A DNA stretch of 64,000 bases, taken from the NCBI GenBank assembly GCA_002269645.1, contig NIVC01000892.1:248001-312000 (forward strand), written 5' to 3'. Of the stretch, positions 22,217 through 35,212 are shown in pieces. This stretch comes from Macrostomum lignano (Eukaryota). The notes beneath the pieces are model-generated. The model saw nothing but the letters and a program-made list of their open reading frames with translations, was not told where the DNA came from and searched no databases. Every line of letters starts with the position of its first letter. Position 1 is the first letter of the stretch. The position numbers and the translations under genes were made by a program.

Positions 22217-25200
22217 CAATAGTTAACCGCTTCTTGTGAAGCTCTGACTAACTTGGGACTAAGTTTGGCTTTGTTACATTGAGGCTAGTGCTTTGACCGT
22301 GCTTGGGAGTTGTATTCCAATTTCTTTTTTCCCTATGCCGAATTTCATTCCTAACTACCTGAATGAGAAAGTAGTGTTCGCGCATTGTTGTGTTGTCTAC
22401 TGTGAGTAGTATTTTCATATCTTATTATGCTTTGAGTCGAGAAATTGGTGTATTTTCGTATTGTTCTTATTGTTATACGAGTAGTAGTCTTACTAATTAA
22501 TATGAAAGTTACGTGTTAAAGAACCAGGTACAGTTTGTTTACAATTAAATACCTGTTGGTCATAGTCTTAGGTATTTCGAGCTACTAGGTCAGTACCGTC
22601 AGTAGTATGTAATGCTCTGATACTCAATAACCCGTTGAGAACGTTACCGTGACAAGAATCGCTAGAGTGATTGTAAACAACTCACTTAGTAACTATGGCG
22701 ATTCTTTTGAACGACTCAAACGACTGTTGTGCGACGGACAGGCGACAGTTTTAGTCACGATCGCATCACGTGAGTTGCAGAATCGTAGGAGTCGCAAACA
22801 GCCGTCCAAGGGTCGTTGTGTCAACGCTTAACTTTGTACTGAGTCAAGTAGACTAAATAGATTAGTTATAAACGCGAAATGCGAGATTTTAGTTCATAAA
22901 GTGACACAGATGCATTTTAGACGCAACTCAGTTATTCTACAAGGCGATTCTAGCCCACCCCAGAGTCGCTTCAGAGTTCAATGTTTTAATTAATTGAATT
23001 AGTTTTCATTAAACAATAAATAATGCTTGGATTTTGTTATAAATCTCTATAAACCGAATTTATAGAAATTTGATTTGCTTTTGGCCTAAGTGGCTGCAAT
23101 TGACTAGTCTGGGCCAATAAAAGCATGCGCGAGTTCTTTTTACCTATTCCATTATAATTAGTTATTATTATATTTTGCTACTATATCAATACATCCAGCT
23201 ATGGAGTGCAATTATTATTTATAACAAACGGTGAAGGTTTCTAAGCATCATTTAGCTTCAATATCTATAATGGAATCTTTCTTTTTTGTAGTTGCGCCCT
23301 TACTAGTTTCAGCCTGTGTTTTTTGCAGTTAAAGTTGAGAATAAAACTGAATCTAACGTATTGTAATTTATGATTGGCTTTTTTGCTGTTTAGTTTTTTG
23401 TGTGCACAATTGAATCAACTCTCTTGAATGCTTTTTTATCTCTTTTTTGACGGCTTTAATTATCTGCATCTTATTAGTGAGATCTGACTCTCAGTTCCAT
23501 ACGATTGTCTTTGTTTATTATTTATTGCAAAATGAATTTTCTTTACCAATTGTTTCAATAACCCAAGCAAGTTAAAGTTAAATAACGTTTTTTTACCTTT
23601 TCAACTCTTGGTTACTGATTGATTTTTTTCAATAAAATAATTAGTTCCTAAAACATCTACGAGTATCAAGAATTTGTTAGTGATCTGATTTGAAGTTTAT
23701 TACAACTGAACTCGTTTCGCCATCTCTTGTGAAGCTGAATTTTCTTTTGTTGAGGTTTTTCGTCTTAAATTATTTATATGTTTACTTAGGCAAAAGTCTT
23801 AGAGAAAGGAAAGCTCTTCACGACTGATGATAAACCAAAACAGTATTTACATATGGTAGTATTGTACAGTGAATCGACCTAGCATTTAATGAAATGTTGG
23901 TGTCCTCTAAGAAAGCTTTCCTTTGTATTTTATTCTGACCAGCTGACCAGCTCGTAAACCCGATTCCTGCAACGAACTGCTGCAGCCTGAAATTTTCTAC
24001 ATTTAGTTGACACAGATGTGGTTAATAAGCCACCTAAAACTACAGGTATCCGTGCCTAAAACTATTTAACTTTTAGGTCTGCGTGTCATCTGAAAAGGAT
24101 AGAACCTTGGTTTATCTCTGCTGCCAATACGCACTTAGGCATTCTAATACATTATGACCATAAGTCAGGATGCTAATACACGTTTAGATGTTGCATGATT
24201 TTTAATTAATAGTGATTACGTTTAACCATTAATTAATAGTAAGTAATTGAATTGTATAGATTTTCTTAATTGTGTTTCTTTCCGTCCGACATTATGGGAA
24301 GTTAGATCTTAATTCAAAGTTAAGAAACTGCATAAAAAATAGCCATGTGAAAGGTGTTGTCTCAGTTTTCTTCGTTAAAAGAAAATAATTTGTCGGTGCT
24401 ATTAAACACAAAATTCTGTTATACTGTTAACGTAGTTTCTCGTAACGTTTAAAACTGCTAAAATGCAGATAAAATCATGTCCCCCCTTTTTTACATTTTT
24501 ATCCTGTTCGTGTTCGTGGCCAGGCACCGGCCACTGAAATGCGGTCAAGTGATTGATTGACTTCAATTGGCTGTGATGTAAAATAAAATGACTTATTAAT
24601 GCACTAAGAATTTCTTCACTCTATTTTTGCCAGTCCTTTTTTAGTGCAATATGGTCTATACATAGGCCTACACCAACGATTTGCCATTTCGACTCATTTT
24701 CAACCAGATTTTTGGCCCATTTGGTGTCGTTTGGACTAGGATAACGGGTGCTAGTTTGAACTGCAGCTTTCATATATGTAGCAAGGACTACCCAAGTAAG
24801 ATCTAAAAACCTCGTTTCTTGGAAAAAATATCAAGCGGGTTTTTGTAAAAAAAATAGGCTTAGCCTTGCACAACGAGGATAAGAAGTTTTCTGTTTTATA
24901 GCGCAGGAATTTTTATTGCTTTTGATAGCAGGCAGACCCAATTTTCACAATTTTCAAATGTTTAGGCATACAAGTGCACAAGTACAAACTTTGAGCCCTA
25001 GCCCTAGATAGGCCTAGGCCCCTATGCTTCTTGAATCTTTGACAAGACCACAGAACCACATTTTCATAGGCCTAGGCCCTAGGCCTAGTTAAACCTAAAT
25101 TATTCAGTTTTTTATTCTTTGATTTTGATCCAAGCTAGGCTTGCTCTAATAATCTAGATATAGGTTTCTTGTTAGGCCTAATACTAAGATAGTTAGGCCT

Positions 25201-26416
25201 AGGCCCCCTATGTTTAGAATCTAGTTTTAAGATATAATAATTAAATTTAAGATAGGTCCCTATATAATTTTAGTCAATTTTTTTGTTATAGGCTCTAGTA
25301 GGCCTAACTAAAGGCCTTGTTGGAATAAATTTTGAAAACCTAGGGATTTGCACTTTAGAAAAGAGTCAAATTAATTTATTGGGCTTTAGGATTATTAGAA
25401 ATGTTCCAAAAGAGATTTTTATGTCAAAATCAAAATTTGCTTTTTTTCCACAATTGAAACTGAAATTTGTTGTGTCTCTACACATGATCGAAACAGCCCC
25501 CTAAGAGCGCTCTGCAGTTATCGAGCCTAGAGATGGCGTCAGCCCATTGACCAGACTGACTCCGTAACTGAGCGTGGGGTCGCGTCGAGGTAGGGTAGTC
25601 AGTCCATCCCTGAGGTGTACAGTACCCACTTCGCACAAGGCCCAAATGAGTAATGAATGCAGGCGCAGGTCTTACTTTGATTTCCAATCTGCTTGACGAT
25701 GGGCAAGGCAGCGAATTCATCAAATTTGTAGAACTGAGATTCTTGCCATTGAAGTTTGTAGGTTCTGAAGAGTGGTCTAGTGTCAGGCGTCAACCAGCGT
25801 GCTTGCCTTGCCCACCGCCAGCAATTCTCTATTTATTTGGATCGCAGTAAGCCCTAGGGTCTCACGCTAGACAGCATTATCAAAACCCAACTTATTGGCC
25901 AATCACCAATTGACAAGGCTAATAAAAGGGGGAGAGAGGGGCCAGACCAGCCAATCCGGCTGGGTACGCATAAAGAAAAGGGGGCAAAGCATAAGAGCTG
26001 ATACACAACTGGGGGGGGGTTAGCGCAGGCAGAAATGGGGGGGGGGCTGACACAAACAGAATGGGGGGGGGTGGTGCAGGCACGCGGCCAGGAAGGGTGG
26101 GAGTGCAATGCCGGGCGCACTTGACCGAGAGCCAGAGATTGCTCATCGGTGCAAGCGCACCCGGGCACAACAAATTTTCCAAAACAATTTTAGAAAAACA
26201 AAGTTTAGTATATATAACAGGCCTTTTAGCTCTTTTTAGAAATCCTACTAAGGCCTAATGCCACCAAAGTTGATGAATAATCCCACTGGTTAACCACCAA
26301 AGTTGTAACAGGGGTTATTTCTTTTTACTGATCTTACTGGTTATTACTAGCCTTTTTACTGGTAGTATATGTATTTCTATTGGTAGCATATATACTTCTA
26401 TTAGTAGCATATGTAC

Positions 26417-26715
26417 CATACATGCGCAACCTCCAAAATTCGGTCGGCCGTGCGACTTAGTTTTAACAAAAATGCGACATAGTTTTTGGCCAGAAATGCG
26501 ACTTACATGTAAAAAAAACCCTAAAGCAAAATTAACGCAACTTTGGGTAAACGGCAGGAGTAACTATGACTGTCCTATTAACCCAAAATGCCTCGTCAGC
26601 TACTTAGTACTACTACTTAGGTATTTTTTCGGGTGGGCATTTTTGCGACTTCCTTGGTTGGTCACCAAATCAGTCGGCCGGATCGGCCGACTCGGCCGAC
26701 TGTTGCGCATGTATG
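26417..26715 (+). mobile_element. hAT MITE family 1
   Basis: TIR CATACATGCGCAAC/GTTGCGCATGTATG; perfect TSD ATATGTAC. Confidence 0.93.
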
Positions 26716-27642
26716 ATATGTACTCTTATTAGTAGCGTCTATACTTTTTAGCCTAAGCAGTCTAATGGCACTGTCTATCCTATTCCTATACTCCTCTAAA
26801 GATATTATTCTCTCAGTCTTAGGTGTTCCTGGGATCAGAGGGTCACAGCTTATTTGCTAGGTATTCTGCACTAAAGCAGGTTTCTTAGACTCTGAGTCTA
26901 GACTTCTCTATCCTGTGGTAGGATTCCTGCCTTCTAAAGGCAATTTCTCGGATCCTAGATCTGGATGTCTCATTCTCTGAGAATGGACTGAACTCCTAAT
27001 CTTGGGGCAACTCCTATGTCATTATCTACTACTCAAAATAAGTAACACAAGTGATTATAAGCCTAAGGCTAATTTGAAGCTTGATCAATGTTCAAAACAA
27101 TGGTACAAGACTAACAAACAAGAAAAGGTTCTTTATTTTGGCTCCTAGCTGACTCCTCACTCCTTTTTATAGTAAATTTTTTCCTATTATTTAAAATAAA
27201 GTATTAATACATAGAATATTCAGAATATTTTGCATATAAGAAATATTTTTAATATTCACTTAGTATAACAACAGTAGTACATTTTTGAAATGCAACTTTT
27301 TCTAGGAAATTGTTATAAAAACTGGAGGCCTATTATATATAACCAACATTGACTTTTTTACTTTTGATTTACTGCTTATGCAAAATGAAATACATGTATG
27401 TATAGCAGAAATTGGTTTATTTTTAGCCACTTTTTTAGACACTTCCAAAAATTTCACTTTCTAATTTTTTTGAAATTAAAATTTGCTCTTAAAAATTCCA
27501 AATTTTGTAAAATTAAAATCAAAATTTTGGAAAATCTTTGAGCATTTTAAATGATAAGCATAGTTACCACACCTGTGCTATTTTAGTGCTACTGCACTAT
27601 TTTGTTTTAGCTGTGCTACTGCGCTACTGTGATCTTTAAAAT

Positions 27643-27814
27643 CATGCTTAGGCGCAACCTTGGGATTCACTCGGCCATTTCTATTGGCAACATACACATG
27701 TAAGTTGCTATTGGACGGAATAGTAGTCACAAGACTGCTCTTAGCCAATAGCGACTTACATGTGTGTGTTGCCAATAGAAACGGCTGGGTGATTCCTAAA
27801 GTTGCACATGTATG
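27643..27814. mobile_element. hAT MITE family 2 (almost fully palindromic)
   Basis: Ends CATGCTTAGGCGCAAC/GTTGCACATGTATG, long internal inverted repeat, perfect TSD TTTAAAAT. Confidence 0.9.
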
Positions 27815-27834
27815 TTTAAAATGCTGTCAATTCT

Positions 27835-28611
27835 GTGTTAAGTGAGTTTTATAGTTACATAGACCAAGTCAACAGTGTTTCATCATCATTGGAGACCTTT
27901 TGCAGCTATATCCAGATATGCTTTGACCAAGAAAATGTTGTTAATGAGACTAACTCTCTGTGTCTGTTAGACCTCGCCAATTGTGCCAAGGAATGCTCTA
28001 ATCAGTTGGATAATGCAAGTCTGGTGATTGGTGGCAAGACCTGTGAGACTGTTGACAGACTGTTGCCTATTGATTGCATTGGATTCTACAAGAGTGTTTA
28101 CAATTTCTATTGTGAGTTAGTGCAGAGGCTTTTTTCACAACTGCCACTGCAGAACAATATCCTCCGAGCTCTTCACTTTGTCAACCCTGACTACCTTCTT
28201 GGAGAGGACTTTAACTTTGACAGAACCGTGTTAAGGGTTGCCAAATCTATGAGCACCATCATTGCAGTTGATGAGCCTGATGAGCTGCATCTCAAAGTCA
28301 CCAGGTTGCATGCCTCAAACTAGGAGCTCAAAAAGTCAAATCCTGAGAAGTTCTGGTCATGCCTGCGCACTGTGACTTACCCACTGCTATCAAAGCTAAG
28401 GCGCAGTGCATGCTGCATCCTGCATGGTGATGCGGACAACAAACAGTTTTTAAAGTGGATAGACAATGACTTAACAAAGCAGCAGAACAAGCTTTCTGAG
28501 TTAACGCTCAACTCTCTACTCATTATTAAGACCTTGCTGAAGGCAAATTTGGCCACTGCACATACAGTCACAAACCAAATAAACCTAATTGCCAGCAGCT
28601 TTGAAGCCTGA
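27835..28611 (+). pseudogene. Degenerate hAT transposase C-terminus (dimerisation domain)
   Basis: One frame with a single internal TAG (28321-28323): ...EKFWSCLRTVTYPLLSKL...ILHGDAD...TKQQNKLSELTLNSLLIIK, matching the hAT pattern FW...YPxLxxLA...PHSNAxxER...TxxRNxL...TLxxLL in decayed form. Confidence 0.8.
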
Positions 28612-30498
28612 AGTAAAGCAGCTGATTGCACTCAATTAGAACAATGACAGCAGGCAATGAGGAGACTGCAGAAGAAGATAAAGGAACAGCGATTAAGATG
28701 CTATAGCAAAGATGGCACAAGAGGAACAGCAGCAGCAGCAAGAGGATTTAGTCGACACAGCAGCTGACTGTCAATGGGATTCGAAGGAAGGCACAAGAGG
28801 AACAGCAGCAGCAGCCTCACCTCCAGCAGGCCTCCAAGCAGCTCCAGACACTGGCTAGACCCCATCAGGGCTGGCCACCAGTGCTAGGCTATCAGGCATG
28901 TGGTGGAAGGTCCACTGGCCATGGACACGAAAGTTGGAATTATGGCCCCACTGAGGTTGACGCTAGTAGACCTGGTGGCAGACTTGCCAACATGCCCTCT
29001 GCATAGTTGTGTGGCGATGTAGTGTGCAAGGCCCCTGTCCAGAGGCGAGCGAGACAGTGATGGCTGGCTGTGCCATGTTGCAGCCAGACCATTCCCGTAG
29101 GCCCAATGACCAGGGACCCAGCTGGGCCATCAACAACAGCAACAGCAGCAGGAGGAGGATTTAGTGATGCAACAGCAGACTGTTGATGAGATGCAAAGGA
29201 AAGTGCCAGAAATTCTGGCAGCTGCATCAAGGGTGGAAGGGCATTGCAAAAATGGCTCAAGTGACAGAGCATGTCCAGTCAGCCTAGGGGCAGTAACAAA
29301 ATTTTGCGAATCAAATGTGCCACTGCCGCTGGACCCTCTAAAATTGTACAAACTTCTTACTTTATTATGTTTTTAACTATCATTAGTTAAGTTTTTCTTG
29401 TATTGGTTTTGGAATTGCTCTGTGAAAAGCATCTGTCACAACATTCAGTTAAAATTCAAATTCAAACTAAGTTCTAACTCTCTGTCACCTCAGTTAATAT
29501 AAAAGTCAAGCTAGCGAAAATGTCACTGTTCACTTCAATTTTATAAGCATCTTTAGTAAGTTAATCCTTTCCCTAAAGTTATCAAATATCCCTTGGCTAT
29601 TTCTTGTCTAGGAGCTACTTGTAAAAAGTGTACATGTTTGAGCTATATGTATGTGTACTTGCTGTGCAAGTGTAATCCATCCAATTATCAGTAACAGGAA
29701 TAAGTTTTATTTATTATTGTTTTGTTTCTTAAATAAATGGGTTAATGTAGCTTTTCAGTTTCCTAAGACTTGATTTACTATTATTTATTAATCCATGGTT
29801 ACTGTTTAATAGTTACTTAACTTAACTTTAAAACTAATTATTTTATGCTTCACTAAATCTTTGGTGCTGCGCTAATATTCTTTTACTTTCCTATGGCAAC
29901 TAGGCCACATAGGCCCCTTCCACAGAGGTATTAGACCCCCTTCCATGTATATTTATTTGCTAGAGCAGCAGCCAGCAAGAAAGGGCAGCATGCGCAAGCG
30001 CTGCGCACCTGTGCTTGCGCTGCACCTTAGAAAATTTTCAAAAGTGTGCTAGACACTATCCGCAGTTTTTATAACTTTTTTCTATAAGGACTAAAAGATA
30101 CAAATAGCAAGATAGTTATTTCACAATTAACACATAAAACAAATACCATCTAAATTAAGTGAAAATAACAAAATTGCAATGCAAATTATAAGAGCTATTA
30201 AGTTTAAAAAGTAAAAAAACATGTCACACATATTATTTATATATTATAGTAACTTATAATGGTTCTTGTCATTGACTTTAGTTAGCTTTAAGCTTATTTA
30301 CATAAATAATTGTTAGACCTATTTATTAATGTTAAATGAGCTTTCTTCCCTATGACCATAAAAATAACCAGTTTTTTTCCTATATACAGTGATTATAAAT
30401 AACAGTTTTGCTATTGAATGATTATATTAAGTTAAAACCTTAAGCCCAAATAGTGTCTTATGTTTTGACTATAAAAATAACCATTTTGCTATTTATAT

Positions 30499-30609
30499 CA
30501 TACATGCACAACCTTGGGAATCACCCGGCCATTTCTATTGGCAACACATACATGTAAGTCACTATTAGCTAAGAGCAGTCACATGATTACTATTCTATCA
30601 AATAGCAAC

Positions 30610-30641
<32 letters not shown>

Positions 30642-30708
30642 ATGTGTGTGTATGTGGGTGTTGCCAATAGAAACAGCTGAGTAAATCCCAAGGTTGCATC
30701 CAAGCATG
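30499..30708. mobile_element. hAT MITE family 2 with internal (TA)n/(TG)n expansion
   Basis: Inverted homolog of 27643-27814; TSD ATTTATAT/ATTTAAAT (1 mismatch). Confidence 0.88.
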
Positions 30709-31925
30709 ATTTAAATGGTCATTAATAATAACAATTGCCATAGTTTTTATAAATATTCAATATGCACAATTCATATACTTAGGCCTATATGAAAGTAAAA
30801 GAAAAAATAAGATATGATAAATTGGATCTAATCAGTAATGTCTTTTGAGACTACTTTGTAAATATAATCTAGAAAGTCAAGATCATACATGCAAAATACC
30901 CAGCTGAGCTAGCTAATCCAGCCAACTGGCAAAGGCCCAGCCAAGATAAATTTGCAAAATTCCTACCTAAGATTATAGTTTTAATTAGTATATGGCAGTG
31001 CTTATTTACTCGTAGCTGGCATTAGTCAAATAAGCTAATCACTATTTAGCCAATAATCCTATCCTATTGCTAAGTCAAATTAATTAGCTATAACCTATAT
31101 ATGCAAACAACCTTTGCACTTGCGTGTTACAGATAATATACTTGTAATTAGCTCCTCCAATCTAGTTCTATACCTCCCCACAATCAATATGTTGCACATG
31201 TTATATAAATGTAAAATAAATAGACCTTTGATTAGTTTATATGCCATCATTTGCTCTGCTTGCCTAAATGCTACAAGACCTTAGGCTAGCTATACATGTA
31301 CAGTTCTTTATAGTGCTTTAAATATTCATGCAGATAAGTAGACAACATTATAATATTTATTGAAACTGGTTTCATGCATATATAATATGTACATGTGCAT
31401 GTAATATTAATGCAATACTTTTCTTGCCACAGCAGTTTCCTTAATGCTTTGCAGTGTTTATAGTTTCATGTATTTTAGATACTCAAACATAGAATAATAC
31501 AAAAATTTACAGCAAAAGAAATTTGTATAATATGCATATAGTATAATTTCATTATTTGCCTTTAAGTTCGTTTATTTGTTTTTAGAATTCTTGAATATTC
31601 TGGAAATTATTGTAGCACTGGGACTGGATACACAGAAATTAATTCAAAATTTATGCATGTTTTGATTTTCATTCTCATCTAAATCTAAATTTCATCTTCC
31701 TATTAAAGCATTATTAAAACATTATTAAATATTATCAAAATATTTTGTCCAAACTTGCAAACCCAAACCCAAACTTTCCTTACCTAAGTACTGAGATTTC
31801 CTAGAGATAAAACTACTAATAGTAGTGTAAAAACTTAACCTCTGGTTGAACCCTCATACTTAAAAATAATAAGTTGATATTTATAAAATTTCAGTTAAGT
31901 AAAAAAACATCTTCATAAATCGGTC

Positions 31926-33463
31926 ATGTGCTCAACAACCAAGCCGCTGGAGCAGATGTCACAAACGCTTCAATCTAGCGTCAGTCGAATCTGTTCGAAG
32001 CACTTCGAATTCGAAGAATGCCTAACCATTATCGGGGCTATTTGTATTAACATAGACAATGCCCAGTCCGATGTGCTGATTAAGTTCAATGAGTGCATTA
32101 CTAAAGCGGACTTATACAGGATGGCTAGGGAAGACAACTCTGGCGGCAATGAGTACGCTGCTGTAGCTGAGAAAATCGTACTTAGCTCGCAATTGTTAGC
32201 CGCTATTCAACAAGCTCAAGCTGACCAGCCTGCAGAGACTGCTTCGAATAGTAATACTAATAGTAGTAATAAGCGAAAGCGGAAGCGGTCCAACCCACAT
32301 AGGCGCAAACAGCAGCAGCAGCTGGTTGTGCTCAACCATCACGCCGATGTGTCTGGCAGCGACGGTCTTGACGATGGCGACCTTGACGACGATGATGAGG
32401 CTAATAATGATGTCGAAGAGGAGGAGGCTGATTGCCAAGCGGCTGTTGATCGGCAGCAATTTGAATATGATGCAGATGAGCACGAATCTGATGGAGAATT
32501 GTCCCCGGCTGGGCAGCTGCAGATGAATCTGGAGGCTCCGCCTGTTGAAGATGCCGCCAATATTGACGAAGTTGACGCTGCCGCTGTTGAATTGGAACAG
32601 CGGGCCCAGCGAATTGGCAATGGCAGAGCCAGAGCTGGTCCTATGGCTATCCGGTTGATTGATGACCACAGGAATGATAAAAATGGCGACAATGACGATG
32701 ATATTGAGTACCTGGGCGAGTCTGTTGACGATACTAAAGCTGGATTCTATCCGAGTGAGTTCGAGCTGCTTTTTCATTGTGTGCTCACTGCTCAGAGATG
32801 CTTCTTTCTGTCTATTAGTTTAATTAGAGTCTGACATGTCTTCAATTAGAGTCTGACATGTCTTCAATTAGAGTCTGACATTTCTTCAATTAGAGTCTGA
32901 CAGTGTCTTCAAGAGTCTGACAATATCTTCATTTAGACTCTGACCTACATGCCTCCGTGTTTCCAGCCATTCTGCTGCAGCCTCCGGCAGCTGCGGCCCC
33001 TACTTCATCTGCAGCGCAGCAGTCGGCCACATCAGCGGGTAACTGTTCAATCATTCGGCTGCAGCAGCCGCAGCCGCCCCAGCCGAGCATCAAGCTGACG
33101 CTGTCTCTCGGCGACTTAGGCGGAATTGGAGGCGTGGCCGGTGCTGCCGGCGGAGGAGGCGGGGGTGTGACAACCCCGGCAACCGCCGAGTGCGACCTGC
33201 GCGCATTGAACAACCAATTAAAAGGCGCATTGGGCACGAAAGTGTTTAAATGCGCCTATTGTGGCAAATCGTTTAATAGGAAATTCTGTTTAGAGCGGCA
33301 CGAACGGCTGCACACTGGCGTCCGGCCGTACGCCTGCCAGATCTGCGGTGAACGGTACATCCGGCTTGAGGATCAGAAACGGCACATGCGCAGCGCTCAT
33401 CCGCACGATTTCATGAACTATATGGACGAGGAGGAGCTGCCTACGACCACTTCTCCTGTTTGA
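31926..33463 (+). CDS. C2H2 zinc-finger protein (2 fingers) with unclassified N-terminal domain, 2 exons
   Basis: Exons 31926-32754 and 32967-33463 (GTGAGT...TTCCAG, phase 1); fingers CAYC...HERLH, linker TGVRP, CQIC...HMRSAH; basic stretch KRKRKR (NLS-like); acidic central region. Confidence 0.9.
32815..32930. repeat. 22-bp minisatellite (TTCAATTAGAGTCTGACATGTC)n in the ZF intron
   Basis: About 5 units. Confidence 0.9.
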
Positions 33464-33523
33464 ACTGTTATTAGTGTATGTAAGCAGTATGTTTTTAGCC
33501 TAACATTTAATATTTTTCATATG

Positions 33524-33935
33524 AGACTTGGAGTAGCTTCTCAACATCTCCCTTAATTAGAGATTGAGTAGCTTCTCAACATCTCCATCAATTAGAGATT
33601 GAGTAGCTTCTCAACATCTCCCTCAATTAGAGATTGAGTAGCTTCTCAAGATCTCCCTCAATTAGAGATTGAGTAGCTTCTCAAGATCTCCCTCAATTAG
33701 AGATTGAGTAGCTTCTCAACATCTCCCTCAATTAGAGATTGAGTAGCTTCTCAACATCTCCCTCAATTAGAGATTGAGTAGCTTCTCAAGATCTCTCTCA
33801 TATAAGAGATTGAGTAGCTTCTCAACATCTCCCTCAATTAGAGATTGAGTAGCTTCTCAACATCTCCCTCAATTAGAGATTGAGTAGCTTCTCAACATCT
33901 CCCTCAATTAGAGATTGAGTAGCTTCTTAACATCT
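33524..33935. repeat. 35-bp minisatellite (GAGTAGCTTCTCAACATCTCCCTCAATTAGAGATT)n
   Basis: About 11 contiguous units, no spacers; each unit has an internal TTGAG...CTCAA inverted repeat. Confidence 0.95.
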
Positions 33936-34810
33936 CTAGCTACTTCTCGATGTCCCCATGACAACACTCGAGTTGGTGCTCAATGTCCAGATGTCTTGAT
34001 TAAAGTATAAATTAAACGTTTCTGTTACAGTCCTGTAGTTAAAATTAATTTGTTATAACTATTCCTTATCTGTACATAGTAATGTGTTTTAGCCTGTACA
34101 TTAAGCTCACTGTGCATTGTCATTTAACTGTTATGTTTTAACTTGCACAATCAATCAGTAAACTAAGCTCCTTCACCCATCTTCTGCCAAAAATAAACCA
34201 TAAAACAATTATTTCTGTTTATCATGTCAGTTTATTTTGTTTTTAGCTTTAATTGCACTGTAAACTACATTGTCAATGCTGGATAGGACAGAGCTAAGAT
34301 TCCTTTTTTGTTCCGCTTATATTAATAAATCAACGTGGAAAAAGCTTAATTTATTCAATTTTCCAATTTGTCCTAGTCACCTGGTTGATTTTGGTTTGAT
34401 TTCAATTTCTCTTTGTAAAAAATCAATTATCGTTGCTTCTAAACGAAAATATCTGCTTTTTATAAAATGTGTTCTTGAACTAGCATTAGCTAATGCTTAT
34501 ATCCGCTCATTATTAACAGTGTACAGTTTCTGCCCCGCTTTATTTTAAAGTTTTTTGCTTGTGTTGCTTTCTTCACCGGAAAGCAACATTTCTGCTTCTG
34601 CTTCATCAAATAAATATAAACAGCTGGACAGATTTTGTTCGCTTCCGCTTTGCTGGCCATCGTTACACGGTAGTAGTCCTTGGTGACTCTTAACTAGTGA
34701 TCGCTGGACAAGTGGTATATAGACAATTTGTCACTAATTTTGCACAGTAAGTTAAGTTAAGTCGGCAGCGGTTAGTACGGAATAATAACAATTGGATTAA
34801 ACATAACTTG

Positions 34811-34984
34811 GGGTGGGGGTCGCCACACACCCTCAATTACCCCAGCTAATGCTGGCACCCATTTTACAGCTGGGCGAACTGAAGCAATGCAGAGTTAAGT
34901 GTCTTGCTGAAAGACACAAATTGTTCCGATTGGGTCGAGAATCGAACCCCCGACCTTTCAGTCGTGAGTCCGACGCTCTAACCT
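34811..34984 (-). mobile_element. CORE-like SINE, 3'-truncated
   Basis: Head and core match the other copies. Confidence 0.88.
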
Positions 34985-35212
34985 TTAAGCTACAGAGTTA
35001 AATGTACATGTAAGGTTTGAACCCAAGCTAGAAAATGTCTCTATCAAAATGTTTGATTTATTTGCAGAAAAAAAATTCGTTAACAATTTCTGTGCTTTTA
35101 TTTTTTGTGTATAAAAAACAGCGCGTGCAATATACTACTGAAACAGATGCTGCAGTAGCAACTGTGGAGTTTTATATTCCATTTACTCGTACGCTAATAA
35201 TTCTTATACTGC

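Noticed and set aside
27643-30708. Composite transposon bounded by two inverted palindromic blocks
   Set aside because: Each block has its own 8-bp TSD, so they are independent MITE insertions
33524-33935. CRISPR-like 35-bp palindromic repeats
   Set aside because: Units are contiguous with no unique spacers; eukaryotic context and no cas genes
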